Source: Geosiphon pyriformis uo1 (lineage: Eukaryota > Fungi > Glomeromycota). Taken from it: DNA of 64,000 nucleotides. Positions 48,420 to 62,469 of this stretch are shown here, one piece after another. Both the position numbers and the translations under genes were made by a program. The DNA lies in the NCBI GenBank assembly GCA_016748015.1, contig JAAOMT010000494.1, positions 922,190-986,189 on the forward strand. Direction: 5' to 3'. A model generated the notes under the pieces. That model searched no databases, was not told where the DNA came from, and saw nothing but the letters and a program-made list of their open reading frames with translations. How positions within the stretch are numbered: the stretch's first letter is position 1; each line of letters opens with the position of its first letter.

Positions 48420-51400
48420 ATAATCAGAAAATCAGTATCAAAACTCTGATCAGTAATTTCAAATTCCAAATTATCAACCATATTAAGACTCATATCAATT
48501 TTATTACACCCTAATAATACAATAAGCAATATACTCACCACCAATTTATCAGCCTTCAATACCAGTAATATATCAACTGCAGTCACAAATTATCTATTAA
48601 CTACAACAACTTTAAACACCACCATCAAACTCAGCTTAAATAATACCTGAAAATCAAAGACCAAGAATTATTTATACTCAACAAAACTGGAGATCAGTGA
48701 TAGTAATATACCAACCAATCCCTAGTTTCTCAAATCAATCATCAAAATCACACCAATAGAGTTCAGACATTGGGTACACTCAAAACCCAAATTTTCAGAA
48801 TTACTTAAGTCTTCTGGTCACTTCAGAAGACATCCAACTCAGCAAACAAAAACCCAATCAGGTCCAACTACTCACCAACAACATTCTACTTACAACTGTC
48901 ATTGAAAACAAATCATTTACAGCAATATTCTCTTTTAAAATAGAAAAGTCAACAACAACATTTCTATTTAGTAGCATTATTTTTGACACCAAACCCATTA
49001 CAGCAATATACATAAATGCCAAAGTTAATAGTTACTATATCAAATTAATTCTTGATAATGGTTTAGCAAACAGCATTATTACATGACAACTTATAGACTA
49101 ATTAGGTCACCAAGTTGACTGTGCTGCCAATGCTAAGATTATTATCACTAATAAGGTGACAAAAATGCTTATTGCTAAGATTGATAACTTTTCATTTAAA
49201 GTCAATGGCATCATAACACCCATTAAAGTTTTTGTCATAGAAGTTACCCAGTATTAAGCATTAGTTGGTAATAACTGACTGTTTAAAACAAATGCAGTAC
49301 TTAACTGAACCATACAAAAGCTATAGTTCAGTCAGAATGGTCAGTATACTTGAGTACCTGCTACTTGTAGCCACTTTTAAACAAATACTGTTTTATTAGT
49401 ATCACCACTAATTGAACTAGAGAAAAAAAAACTAAACTTACTTGAAAAGCCTACCAAGTCTTGTAGGCTAAAAAAAATTACAATACACTACCACCAATCT
49501 TATTGTGAGATGACAAAGAAAAAAAAAAGAGGAAAATAAGCCACAAACCACCACTGACACTAGTACAACTGTTAACAGTTGGCACATTCTGTACTCAGTA
49601 GACATAAGAAAGGAATCATCTTATATTTCTCTCAAGTGTATTGACTACAAGAAGAAACTTTCATCTATAAAAACTTGAATAGCATCAGATAAAAATTACT
49701 GGATGTGTATCTGTTATTACTACAAACTATGCCACCAATAACGTTTTGGTTACCCAAAAAGACAAGAAAAGTGAGACAATAAATCATGTCTTGCTTGCAA
49801 GAAAACATTACTCAATGAAAAAATATGAAATAACATTCTTGGTTAAGAAAAAACATGTGATGTATTATGCCAATATACAATCTTTATTAGCAATTGAGTA
49901 AGTCAAGAAATATTTTTTAATGCCACCTGCAACCAAGCACTCTCCCACTTGGATAGTTATTTACATAATAAAGACAAAATCTGGTAAAAAACAAGTGCTA
50001 AAGTTGAAAATATTTTACTTAGTAAAATATTGGTAATTAAAAACAACTTATCAGAACTAGTTAAAACTACTCTTATTCCAAATCCTAACACATTTTTCAA
50101 TATTCTAAGTGATCTAAAACAATTTCATAAATACTATCAAGAATTAGCACTCACTAAAAAAAAACAAAAGCAATATTTAGAACAGTTCAATATTTACCTA
50201 TATAACTACTGTTTAATTCCATGTAATTTTCAGTATTGTAATAATTGTGATATTATTTACAATTCACCACTACACATAATATATTTGATTCTTGAAGAAA
50301 AAAAACCAATTAGTAAGTATACATTGAAATTGAAATCAAAATTCAATTCTAATTTAGACTCTAATGATAATAACAACAACAATAATTCCAACTCCATTTA
50401 CTATGGCAATAACAATAACAATTTAAACTCCAATTATAATTCCAAATAATATATTGTGTTCCCAAATCTTTTAATAAAGCAGGAACTAAAATAGTTTAGC
50501 AATAATGATAAAAGTATTATGCCAGAAAGAGCATATAATACCAATACAGAGTTTGATTTTAGATATTCTGAAAAAACTGCCATTAAATTGGAACCACATT
50601 TGTATATTAGTATAGATCTGAAAGTAGCACTGGAAATTTTAGTAACAATAATAGTTTAACTAGTATCAAGATCTAGTTTAGCAAAAAGAAAAATTAACAT
50701 TAGAAAAAGAATAATTGATACAGAATATATAGGAAATATTATTGCAATGCTACAAAATGACTCAGAAAAAGAATATATAATTGAACCAAATAAAAAAATA
50801 GCACAGGCAATATTTTTATCTCTGGTTAAAATAGCTTAGTTAGTGTCAATAAGAACAAAAGAAAAATTAGGAATTACAGTTAGAGGAAAAAATAGATTTA
50901 GATCAATGGGTAAAATAGATATATCAGTTAATATGGCAAAAGGAGAATCAATTGACAAGGAAAAAATTATCTTTACTAGTCACTTAGTTTTTATTCTGTT
51001 ATATAACTAGTACATGTTAATAATAGAAAAAAAAGTAAGGAATTAATCTCAGATTTTTGAAACAGAACTTACAATTTGTAAATCAGAAAAAATTAGAATT
51101 ACTAATTTCTACATATTGAGTAAAAACAATAAACACATCAAAATTTTCATCTACAACATAACTAAAGACATTATTAAAATACCAAGATATACTATCATCA
51201 AATACTTAAGCACTGAAGTTAAAAATCAATCACCAAATACCATTCCAAATTTTTTATAACTGTGCAAATATGTGGATATTACATCACAAACTATATATAG
51301 ATGAAAAAAATGTTATTTGCTCTAACCAAAACAATTGAAACAAATAAACTTAGAAAACTTAAACCTACTTCAATGCATATAGATCAAAATGTTACTCAAT

Positions 51401-54400
51401 AATTTCACTAACATTTTTGTGAGTGAAAATAAGTTTGGCAGAACTGATATAATCCAGCATTAAATCAAAATTAGAGATGTTATGTTAATCAAACAACAAG
51501 TATACCAAGTACCACTAGCCAGTCATGAAATTATCCGACAAAAAATCAACAAAATATTGGACAATGAGTTAATTCAACTATCAATAAGTTTATAGTTATT
51601 ACTAGTAGTACTAATTTGGAAGAAAAATAGAAAAATCCACTTCTGTGTAGATTACAAAAAACTTAACAGCATTACTTATGGAGATAGCTATCTAACTTTA
51701 CAAATCCAAAAATTATCCAATGCTTTTAGAGAAAAAAAAATAGTTCTTTACATTAAATTTGGATAGTGGTTACTGGCAAGTAGCCATAAATCCAGCTAAC
51801 AAAGAGAAAACAGCATTTATCACATGAAAAAAAAATTTTGAATTTGATATTATGTTATTTAACTTAATAAATACATTAGCAACTTTCTAATGGCTTATGA
51901 AAATTGTGTATATTAAATTATTATAAAAATCAGTAATAGTCTATTTAAATAATACTAATGTGTTTTTTAGAACATTTGATAATTATTTCTACCATCTCCA
52001 ATAAATGTTTGAAAGATTAAGGAAAGTCAGACTGAAACTGAATGCAAACAAGTGTTTTTTTGACAAACAGAACTGAAATTCTTGGGACATGTTATAAGTA
52101 AAAATAGTATCAAAACAGATCCAGACAAAATTGAGATTGTTAAAAACTTTCCAGTATTAACAAATCTTACAGAATTAAGAGCATTCTTGGAATTTGCTAA
52201 ATATTATTGCCATTTTATTCAAAACTTTTTCAAACTGGCTCAACCACTTTATTAGCTTTAAGCCAAAAATGTGAAATACAAATGAATGAAAACCCAACAA
52301 AAAGCTTTTGACATTCTAAAAAAAAAGCTCATTTAAGTTCCAGTATTAATCTATCTGGATTATAACAAGCTATTTATTATCACAACTAATGTATTAGGTC
52401 AAGCATTAAGAGCCATATTGTCTCAAAGAGGACCAGATAGAAGAAAACACCTAATAGCATATGCCAGCTGAAACTTAAATTCAGCTAAAAAAACTATAGA
52501 ACTTAAGCACTATAATATTTGGCTATCTATTAGACTGTTATCAAATGGAAAAAATACTTGAATCAAAAGTTTGATGTATATACTGACCACAAAAAATTAA
52601 TATCAATCCAAAAACAAAAATTTGGAAATGATTGCCATGTAAGATAAAAAATAGAACTTTCATTATTTAATTATATAATACATTATAAAAAGAAAAAAAA
52701 AACAGAAATGTTAACAGTTTGTCATAAATAAAACAAATTTAAGAACATGTTAATCCAAAAATATAACAAAAGATAAACACACAAAAATATCTACAACTCT
52801 AATATTATATTAATACTCAACAGTTCAAAGAAAAATTATCTTAAAAGAAACAAAACAACATAAAACAACAATCAAAATATTTTATTACTTACCAAAATAT
52901 ATTATATTAAAAAAACAGAAAAGATTTAGATCAACTACTCAGAGTAATCACAAAATCAAAAAAAAACAATACTATATAACATACACTCAGATTTAACAAC
53001 AGGATATTTTTATAAAGAAGCAATCATAAAAAGAACCAAAAAAAGATATTATTGGCTATTAATGTATTTAGACATTATCTAATACATTTAAAATTGTAAT
53101 GCTTGTTAGAAAAGAGGAGAAACAAGACCTAGTAAACTACTAAAACCAATTAAAATAAAACAACAATTTAATCAAATTAAAATTGACTTAGTTGGACTAT
53201 TAACAATAACCAGCAAAGACAATTGGTATATAGTAATAGCCATGGATTATTTTACAAAATAACCAAAAGCAAAAGCAATCCAAAAAGCAGATGCAGAATT
53301 CATAGCTGAATTTGTTCACCAAAAATTAATTTGTTAATATAGATGTTTAAAAGAATTATTATTTGATTAAAAAACTCATTTTGTAAACAGAACATTAACA
53401 AAATTAAGTCAAAAATTTGGAATCAAAAGACCACTATTATTATTATATTATTTACAAACAAACATATTAGTAGTAAGATTCAACAGAACATTGTATAAAA
53501 CAATAACAAAAATCAGCTAAAAAAACCAAGACAAATAAGATTTATTTATATCATTAGTACTATTTGCTTATCAAACAATAAAGCAAGATATCATACAAGC
53601 AACACTATTTAAACTTTTTTATGATAGAACAGTTATATTACCAGTTGAAATAGACATTAATACATATCCAACAGAACTAATAACAGAAGTTAATTTACAA
53701 AAAACATTGTTAAAAAAACATACAAACTAATAAAAACTTTAGAAAACAAAAGACAAAGAGCAGCTGATAACATTTAAAAGTCACAAAAAAAACAAAAAAA
53801 ATGACACAATAACCAATTACCAAATAAACTAGTTGAATTTAGAATTGGAAACAAATTATTATTATATTGTACCAAAGTAGAAAAACAATAGAGTAAAAAA
53901 TTCAACTTCAAATAAAATAAATTATTTTATATTGAAAAAATTCTAAAAAATAGAGTGCATAAACTAAGATGAAACAACAAAATCTTAGCTAAAGCAGTAC
54001 ATAGAGATTAACTAAAACCATATTACAATATAGTATTATTATCTACCAATAATATTCCACAACTGGAAGCATAACAAATACTAGTCTAATTAGATGAAAT
54101 TCTATGAGATTTGAAACCAATTATAATTATTAACACAAACATGTCAAAGTGATTAACCAAAATAATATAAAAAGACACAATATACATAACAAAAGCAACA
54201 ACAGAAAAATAGAAATTCTAAACCACATTTACTCAATGACTTAACAATTATTTTAAGCTATAAATCAACAACAATTGGATATGAAAATCATTATCAACCA
54301 CTAAACAATCTGTTATTGGAACACCAAAAGAAAAAAAAAAGCAGGAAATATACTATATTAGCGACTATTAAACTCAACAAAACATTGGTCAAATAAAATA

Positions 54401-54862
54401 ATAGAAAAAGTGAAAAATACTTTGGGAAAAATACTCATAATTATTTCAATAAAGAAGCTAATAAAAAAAGTTGAAAACACTGGACAAAATAACTTCCAAT
54501 ATTATACTGTTACTATCAGTTAGAACAAAAGCTAAATATTCAAGAACTATATACTGACAAATTCAAAAAAATATTCAATCAAGAAATAATACAGCAAATT
54601 AAAGACTTTATTAAAAAGAAAACAAACTCATTACTTTATATTAAAACAATCTATTGGCTATATACCATATTTTAAAATTATTCAGAAATACTACTACACT
54701 CAAAAATGGAAACAATAACTATTAACCAGTAGAAAAAAATGAACAACTCACAAGTAGAAGACATAAAAACCAAAATTGAATAAATAATGTTAAAAAAAAA
54801 ACAATAGAATTAATCCAAAATGAAAATTTCGACAAAGCTCAATATTAAAAAAAAGAAGATAA

Positions 54863-55777
54863 TATTACTTATAGAAAAGAGTACAAAAAAAATAGTAGAA
54901 AAAACAGATAAAAAAATAGATCAATAAAAAAATAGTATTAAGCATATAAGCATATTGCTAATAAATTATGGCATATTGCTCAACAATGTGAACAATATCA
55001 GTAGATTAAAACATATTGCTCAGCAAGATGAGCAATATTAATACATTAAGGCATATTGCTTAAAAAATTATAGCATATTGCTCACAAATATGCAAAATCT
55101 TGTAGAACATCAATTATGTATATATAACAAGAGTATTAAAAGCAGAAATAACAAAACATATGGCTAAAATTTTCAGTTAAGAAATACAATTAAAAGCAGT
55201 TCAAAATTTACATCACATATCAATAAATTATCAATTACTATTTGAATCTATGTTATCATTACTTGATTAAAAAATCTTGATTATCTTTATTTTATTAATA
55301 CTTCATGCTAATAAAATTTAACACTTAACTATACTAGAACAATAGCTTTTGATCACAGCTATTAACAGAATACTAATTTTTTATTTTCTTTTATTTTCTT
55401 TTATTTCTTTATTTTTTTTTTTTTATTTTTGTTGTTTATTAATTAATTTAAAAGATTAAGCATTGATTAATTAATGTCAAGAATGTCTAATAAAAAAACC
55501 AGAAATAAAGATATAGAATTCATAACTTAATAAATAGCTTACCAGAAGAGTATAACTGTTAGAATAAACTGGTCATTATGCTAAAAAAAGAAATTTGATG
55601 GAATCAATATTCTAGAAGCTATTAAAAACAACCATTGAATTTCTGTCCATTATACAAAAAACTCAACCAAAATCTTTAGATATTAAAATCTTCAGATATT
55701 ATCAATCATATTACTTATTAAGTATTAAGTTATGGGTTTGTTATTTGTATTAATATCTTAAATAATCATTTATAATA
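54863..55777 (+). repeat. 3' LTR of F
   Basis: Decayed ends tatta...taata. GCATATTGCTCA array at ~54940-55092. Distal half related to the A, C and E LTRs. Confidence 0.82.
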
Positions 55778-55781
55778 ACAG

Positions 55782-56475
55782 TATTATTATTGTTAAATAT
55801 TATATAATTTTATCTAATATTAATTTATTTTTTAAAAATAAATTAAACATAAAACAAGTAATTGATTATGTTGTTTAAATATAGTTTCAAGTAATAATTA
55901 GTATAATTCAAAACTATTGGCAAAAAATGAATATATTTTTTTATAATCAAAAATTAGAAATTCAAGAATTCGAAATATTAATTGTTATAGATATATTCAA
56001 TAATTTACCATCAAATACACAACAATTGGTCAAAAATTTTGAAAATTATACTCTAGTAATTAATAAATTATTGGTTAATAAAATTGTAGATATAATTTTA
56101 GCTAATACTCAAATAAAAACCAATATAATTAATAACTTAAAAAAAATTAGAAGAATTTTCATCTGCTATAATTACAATTACAAAAATATATAAAGTATTA
56201 AAAAAAGTAATTAAATTTGAAAAACAATTAGCAAAAGAAAATTTTAGTATAAAAAGCCAAATTTACTTAAAAAAAATTATATAAATATAAAAAAATAAAA
56301 AAAATTCTAAAAAACAGATAACAATTAATTATATTTTAATAATAATATTAATTAATTAATTTAATAAATAAATATAGTTTTTTTAATAATAATTATAAAA
56401 CTCTATAATAAAATATCTCTAAAATAAAACATAATTTGCATATTTCAACTGTGTTTATTTATAAAAATTTGACTG
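55782..56475 (+). mobile_element. 3' remnant of a pogo/Tigger-like (DDE_1) DNA transposon
   Basis: KLNIKQVIDYVV*I*FQVIISIIQNYWQKMNIFF back-mutates by transitions to the pogo C-terminal motif AIDYVA.AW.QVT..TIQNCW.KTGIL. Ends in a TIR-like ...tttgactg followed by TA. Confidence 0.65.
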
Positions 56476-56939
56476 TAATTATATGTAAATATTAACAAAT
56501 AATGTTTATTTACAAATATTTAAATACTTAAAAAAATTAAAAAATGAAAATAAATAAATTAAAAAAAATTAAATATTTAGAAGTAATTTTTATTATTTTG
56601 ATTTATATATATTAAATATATTAAATATATTAAATATATTTTAATTAAAAGATTTATTATTTATATAGTTATTTAAAATAATTAACAATCAAATTAACAA
56701 TTAAGTTTAAAAATAAAATGGCTAATTATATAATATTAATAATTAATACATGTAATAATTAATAAAAACTATAATTTTTAATTATAATATTATTCTTTCT
56801 AAACAGATTAAGCTTTGGTAAAATTAAACTATTTATGAAATATTTTAATTAAAAATTTTTATCTAATATAAAACTAACTAATTTTGTAAAGTTTTTTATT
56901 AATAAGATATACAAAATTTAAGATAAAATAAGCTTTGTA

Positions 56940-59900
56940 TCTAAAAAATTAAATTTTTGTATAGAATTTTGGCTTTTTTGAATAAAGTCTCATTATTTAA
57001 AAACACTCATATTATCCTAGCAAGAAAATTATTTACAGAACTAATTCTTAATTTAATAAAATACCATAGAAAATTAGCTGAAATTCAGCTTAAAGTCTGC
57101 AAATCCAAAAATTAATGATTAAAAAGTTTGCTAAGAATTCTTCGAAAATTAGCAAATAAAACTGTCAAAGCCACTTTATTTTCAACTTATAACTGTTCAA
57201 AAACTTTAGGTTGTACAGAAGTGAATAATACAAAGCTTTATTAAAAAATCTTTAAACAATCCAGCTTTTATTCTTAGATTTTTTCTAATTAAAGAATTTT
57301 ATTTATGGCAAACATTAATTAAAATAAAACTAAATTGTATACAGTAATATATAATTGGCTATAAGATAGCAAAAATCAAATAACAAAATTGTTTATCTGA
57401 GATTGTCTTTTATAACACTATGTTTACAAAAAATTTAACATCTAAATAAGTTTTGGCCAAACTAAACTTAAATAAACTATTGGTGGAAAAATAAATTCCC
57501 AAATAATAGTGCAATTTATTCTTTCTTGTAATTAATATAAAACTCTTATTAATAGTTAAAAAAGCATTTTTATCTTTTTGGTTAATAGAAATAGCTATTG
57601 TCTTATTATTATTAATCGAAATATTGTTGATATCAAAAAATTTACTGACAATATTTAAAATATATTGTGTTAAAGTTTGGCTATTTCTTATTCAAATTGT
57701 GTTATTAACAAAGACATTAATTGCAAGAAAAGAAGTTTTTTCTTCTGTATTTTCTAATTTGTCTATTTTGACTACAAATTTTGTGTTAATACAGTAATCA
57801 CATAAATGTTAATGTCTCTTAATTTTACACAAAAAAGAATTGTAAAAATTTTTTCAAAGGAAAAGTAAGAAAACTTCACTCTAGTTTAGTTTATCATGTA
57901 TGTAATAACTATTTAATAAGCCAAAGTCAATTATAATTCTGTTAATTTTGTTTCAGTATATATTGCCAAAAAAACTGATAAATTGTTTACACATCTTAAT
58001 ATATCTTAGACTGTTTCTTAAATAATGTTAGCCAACTGAATTATATGTTTTATATATGTTTTGCAGAACCAACCACAGTTTTTTATTTTTTTTCAAAGCA
58101 TCTTATACAATTAAGCCAATTACAAATACTGGAGACCAAGTTGATGTATTTTCTAATATTAAAAAATTATTATTATAAAGAGCACCAGATTTGCTATACA
58201 CAAAAAAAATTCAGTCTAAAAGTATTTTTGACAAAATTTTTCTGGTTATCTTAATCAGCACTATCAGTTTAGTGTTAATTAATATATTATTTCAATTATA
58301 GAGCTTTGAAATTATAGAAACCCAAGCTTTTTTCTATAAAGTAAAAACTGTACCAATATTCAAACAACAATTTAACAGAACCAAAAAACAAGTTATAACT
58401 TTAGAACCACAATGCTTTTATAACTTATTTGAAATGCCAGATAAGCCAAAGGTTTTGTTATCAAGTAAATCTTTTATCGTTAGGGTCAACTTATCTGAAT
58501 TAATTTGTTTTATAGTTCTAGAAAATGTTCTATTTTTAACATAATTCAAAGACATATATTGCTAAAACCAAAGATCTAATACCACTTTGGATACCAGTTT
58601 CTTTCTAGTTTAGTCTTCTATAATCTTATTCACTTTATTTTTTATTATTTTATGTTTCAAAATCAAATTTTCACCAATTACCAAATAATCTAAAACCATT
58701 TTTTGAAAAAGTTTTTTTAAAACACTTTTAATCATATGACTCTTGTTTATACAGAAGTCTTTTATTCTTTTATTAATTGTGTCCCTAATTATAACTGTTT
58801 TTATAGTTTCAGATTTTTAATATTTGAACACATGATACTTCTTTTGATTTTTGACAAAAAAAAAAAAATTTTTTTACTTTTTGCTTTCTTTTTAATCAAA
58901 AATAACAGCTTAAAAGAATTGTCAATATTTAATCTTAACCAAATTTTTACAAAGCAATTAGACTTAATGATATTTCTTAAAAAAAAGACTTTAACAATCT
59001 TTGAAACCAAAATTTCTAATTTGTGGAATCTTAAAAACTATTTGTTCTTAAAATTGCTGGAATCTTTGAACCAAATCTTGTAGAAAACTTTGTCTACTAA
59101 CTTAACCATTACCAATTTTAGAAGTTTATATATAGTATTTAAATTACTTTATTTTTTTACAATATAAAACTTATTAAGCACACTAAATATTTATTCTGAT
59201 GAATATTCTCTGAACTAAGTTCACTTTGAATTATTAGTATTTTTAATGCCAAATTTTTATCAATTCTTATTAATTTGTTTGCAGATTGCATTTAAACATT
59301 TATTTAGAAAACTATTCAAGCCAATTAAAACCACAATAGCTGAATAATCAGTATTAAAGAAATTAAAAACACCATTAACTTTATGTCTAATTATTGTTAT
59401 CAAAAGATATTTACTAACCAAAATATAGCCAATAGTTTTTTTTGCACCTCTTAAATTACTTTATGTTGGAATTTTAGCAATTAAATCATTCAACAGAGAA
59501 TTAGACAAACTTAAATTAAAACATTTCTTGAAACTTGCACTATATTCTATACTATTTTTATTGAAATTACCACCTAATACAATATAAAAACTTGAATTAA
59601 TTGCTTTAACAATAAATAAATTCACCTTATAGACTTAATCAAATTACATATTAGCTAAAATTTTGCATATAAACCCAAAATTATTATTGAAATTTTGTTG
59701 CTAAACAATAAACAATTAAAATAAAACAACCAAGAATCTTAAAAATCTTGCATATATGTTAAGCTAAAACATTGTTTATTATTATTGTAATTTTAGCACT
59801 TATATAATCAGTATTTATACCAGAAACAAACACTTTTATATCTTGAAATTTATTTTTATCTAAAATTTAGTCTGCTATTTTAGCTTAGTCTTAGTAATAA

Positions 59901-62010
59901 TAGAAATCCAATTGCCAAATTTATTGTGCTACCTGATTATATCTTTCTGTTTAGCTATATTGTTTATGTCTTTGATATTATACATAGCTATTTCTCAAAT
60001 AAAATTGCTTATTAAAGCAAAAAATTTACAAAAAAAATTGAATTAGTATACAAATAATCTAATCTTATCAATATTGAACTAACTAAAGCTTCAAGAGCCA
60101 TTATTTTTGACTTAAAATCATTCATTTTGGTAATCAAAAATTTCGAGTTATTTAAACTAAAAATTAAACTTTCAATTGTAGTTATTAAAAAAAAAGAAAA
60201 ACAGCAATAGAGAATTATCTAAAATTATGTCTAAATCCAACTTTAAAAGTACTGGTACAGTAACAGCTAGTAATAAAAGTTGATAAACAGGCATTAAAGA
60301 TACCAGATTTATATTGTTTAGTCTTTACATAATACCAAATACCTGGTTAGTTAAAAGTTCTTATAAATATTCCAAAGAACCCAACTAATTGCTAATAAAA
60401 GAGTTATCTAGTAAAGCAGAAATAACTTTACTCGAAATTAGAGTACTTAAAAAAAAAGATTTTAAACCAAAATTTAAAGAAGCATTATTAGAAGTAGAAG
60501 CCAAAAAGACTACTTAAGCCCAAAATTTGCTATTAAAAATGGCAGAATAAGAAATAAGAATGCTTTTTTTGATATACAACTTAGCAAGCTAAAGACAAAT
60601 CTTATTCAAAACAGATTTTTTAAATACTTTTAAAGAAAAAAAAATAAAAACACCAAATGCATTGTATTTTAGAACAGAATATCCAAAACACTCACATTTT
60701 TTACATCAAACCAGATTCATTCTAATTCAAAAAAGCTTAATGTTATCCAAAATTGGCTCTGTACAAAAGATTAACTCCAACTTTTTTTTTAATCTAAAGT
60801 CAATTACAACACAACAAACTCTATTGCTAGTCTTTATTGATTGATTAATAATACAAGTTTTTTTACTAGCCATTTTCAAAAAAGTGCTAAGATTATATAC
60901 AGTTATACTTATAAACAAAGTAAACAAAAATGCTCTAAAATAATCTTTAAACATTTAAACATTTTAATTTTTCATAGCTTTTGTCACATGTATTGAATCT
61001 TTTTTAATTAAAAATAATTACTTTGTTGTCAATTAATCTGCTTAAGCCAATTTGGCAAATTTTATCACAATTTTTTGCCATAGTCCAATGAATTGCAATT
61101 TGATTAACATAATTTAACCAAATACAAAAACTGTAATGATAATTATTTTTTTTAGTGTGTTTATAAGAATTTTTTTGATTACTATAGTCTAATTTGACCT
61201 AATTTTTTGTCTTTGATATTATTGTTTATGATAATTTTTTTTTTCTGGCCAATAATATAGTTTTTTCTATATTTTTATTTAAAGTAAATATTGATTTGAT
61301 AATTCTCTTAAATTTTGAGAGAGTAGTAGTCTTCCCAAAATTATTAATTATTGAAAAAATTTTCTTAATTGTCTGTATTTTAGCTATTGCTAATTTGCTT
61401 TTTATTGCTGACAGATTAATGTCTAAAATAAAAAATTTTTTAATAATTATTTTAATTGAAGTTTTTACTATTTTAGAGTCAATTTATTTTTTGTTCAAAA
61501 AAATATTAAAAGAAAATAAAAGAAAACCAACTTCTTTTTTTATATTAAATTTGAAAGAACCTAAAAAAAAGTCACAATCTATACTATTAATTATTTTTAT
61601 GGCTTTAGAAATAGCCATAATTGAATCTAAAAGGGACTTACTATCAACACTTTTTATAATATTACTGTTTTTACCACCACTAAACTTATTGTTTAAATTT
61701 GAGTAAATATTATTAAGACTAAACTTAACTAAAGATATATTTTTTTTATTATCAAAATATTTAATATTGTTAAGACCCATTTTTTTTTTGAGCAAAAAAG
61801 CCATCAGCAAGATCATAAAAAGTTTCTTTGAACATTTTTTTTTAGACATACTATTACTTAAAGCAGCTTTTAAGTTCATAATAAAAGGGTTATTGAGTTA
61901 AAAAATATTGAATAAAAAAACAAAAAAAAACAAAAAAACTTTTTTTTTGAAAATATGCTCTTTGAAAAATTTGAAATATAGGTAAAAAAAAAGTTTTATT
62001 AACTTTATAT
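56940..62010 (-). mobile_element. Decayed non-LTR retrotransposon (LINE), 3'-truncated
   Basis: ORF1 at ~61879-60015 with a degenerate CCHC knuckle (~60660-60710). ORF2 from ~60012 has an APE start EIAMYNIKDINN (IATCNV.GIN type). RT motifs NTKLIVLI (NTRPIAL type, ~58270) and VFVNNT (AFVDDT type, ~57705). Confidence 0.8.
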
Positions 62011-62469
62011 TAGTTAAAATATCTTTTTATTTATAAAATTTGAAAATTATAAAAATTTATAAATTATTACTTATTAAAAATTATTTTAATTTCAAATAAG
62101 TATTTTACAATAAGAATAAATACAATAAAACTTATTTTTTATAATAAATTTATATTTGATTAAATATTCAAAATTTGTATATAAATTTTTACTATCTTTT
62201 TTATATAAACTTTAATCATTATTCAAACAAATTATTCATTTAAATACATAATAAATTAAATTCACTTTAAAGTGGTTAGACATAAAAGATGGCAGATAAG
62301 ATTCAACATATGTATTTATTAAACCAAATTTTTTTTATTCTAAAAACCAACTGATTATTAATTAAAATAACAAAAACAATTTTAATAAAAAAATTATTAT
62401 AATTAATATAGTTTAAAGAAACATATTAAAAATTCTAAACTAAAAAAAATTATCTTATACTCAATAATA

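Larger units (their letters stand above)
36730..55777 (+). mobile_element. Element F: older LTR retrotransposon hosting D (in gag) and A (in its 5' LTR)
   Basis: 5' LTR remnant 36730-36938 matches ~55570-55777. PBS at 36941. Gag at 37003-38702 resumes at 48424. Protease ~49040, dUTPase 50519-50910, RT/RH to the stop at 52742, integrase 52773-54152, ORF3 54209-54848, PPT, then 3' LTR 54863-55777. Confidence 0.88.

Noticed and set aside
58045-61706. Plus-strand ORFs in the right-hand region as host genes
   Set aside because: Antisense, low-complexity readings of the decayed LINE.
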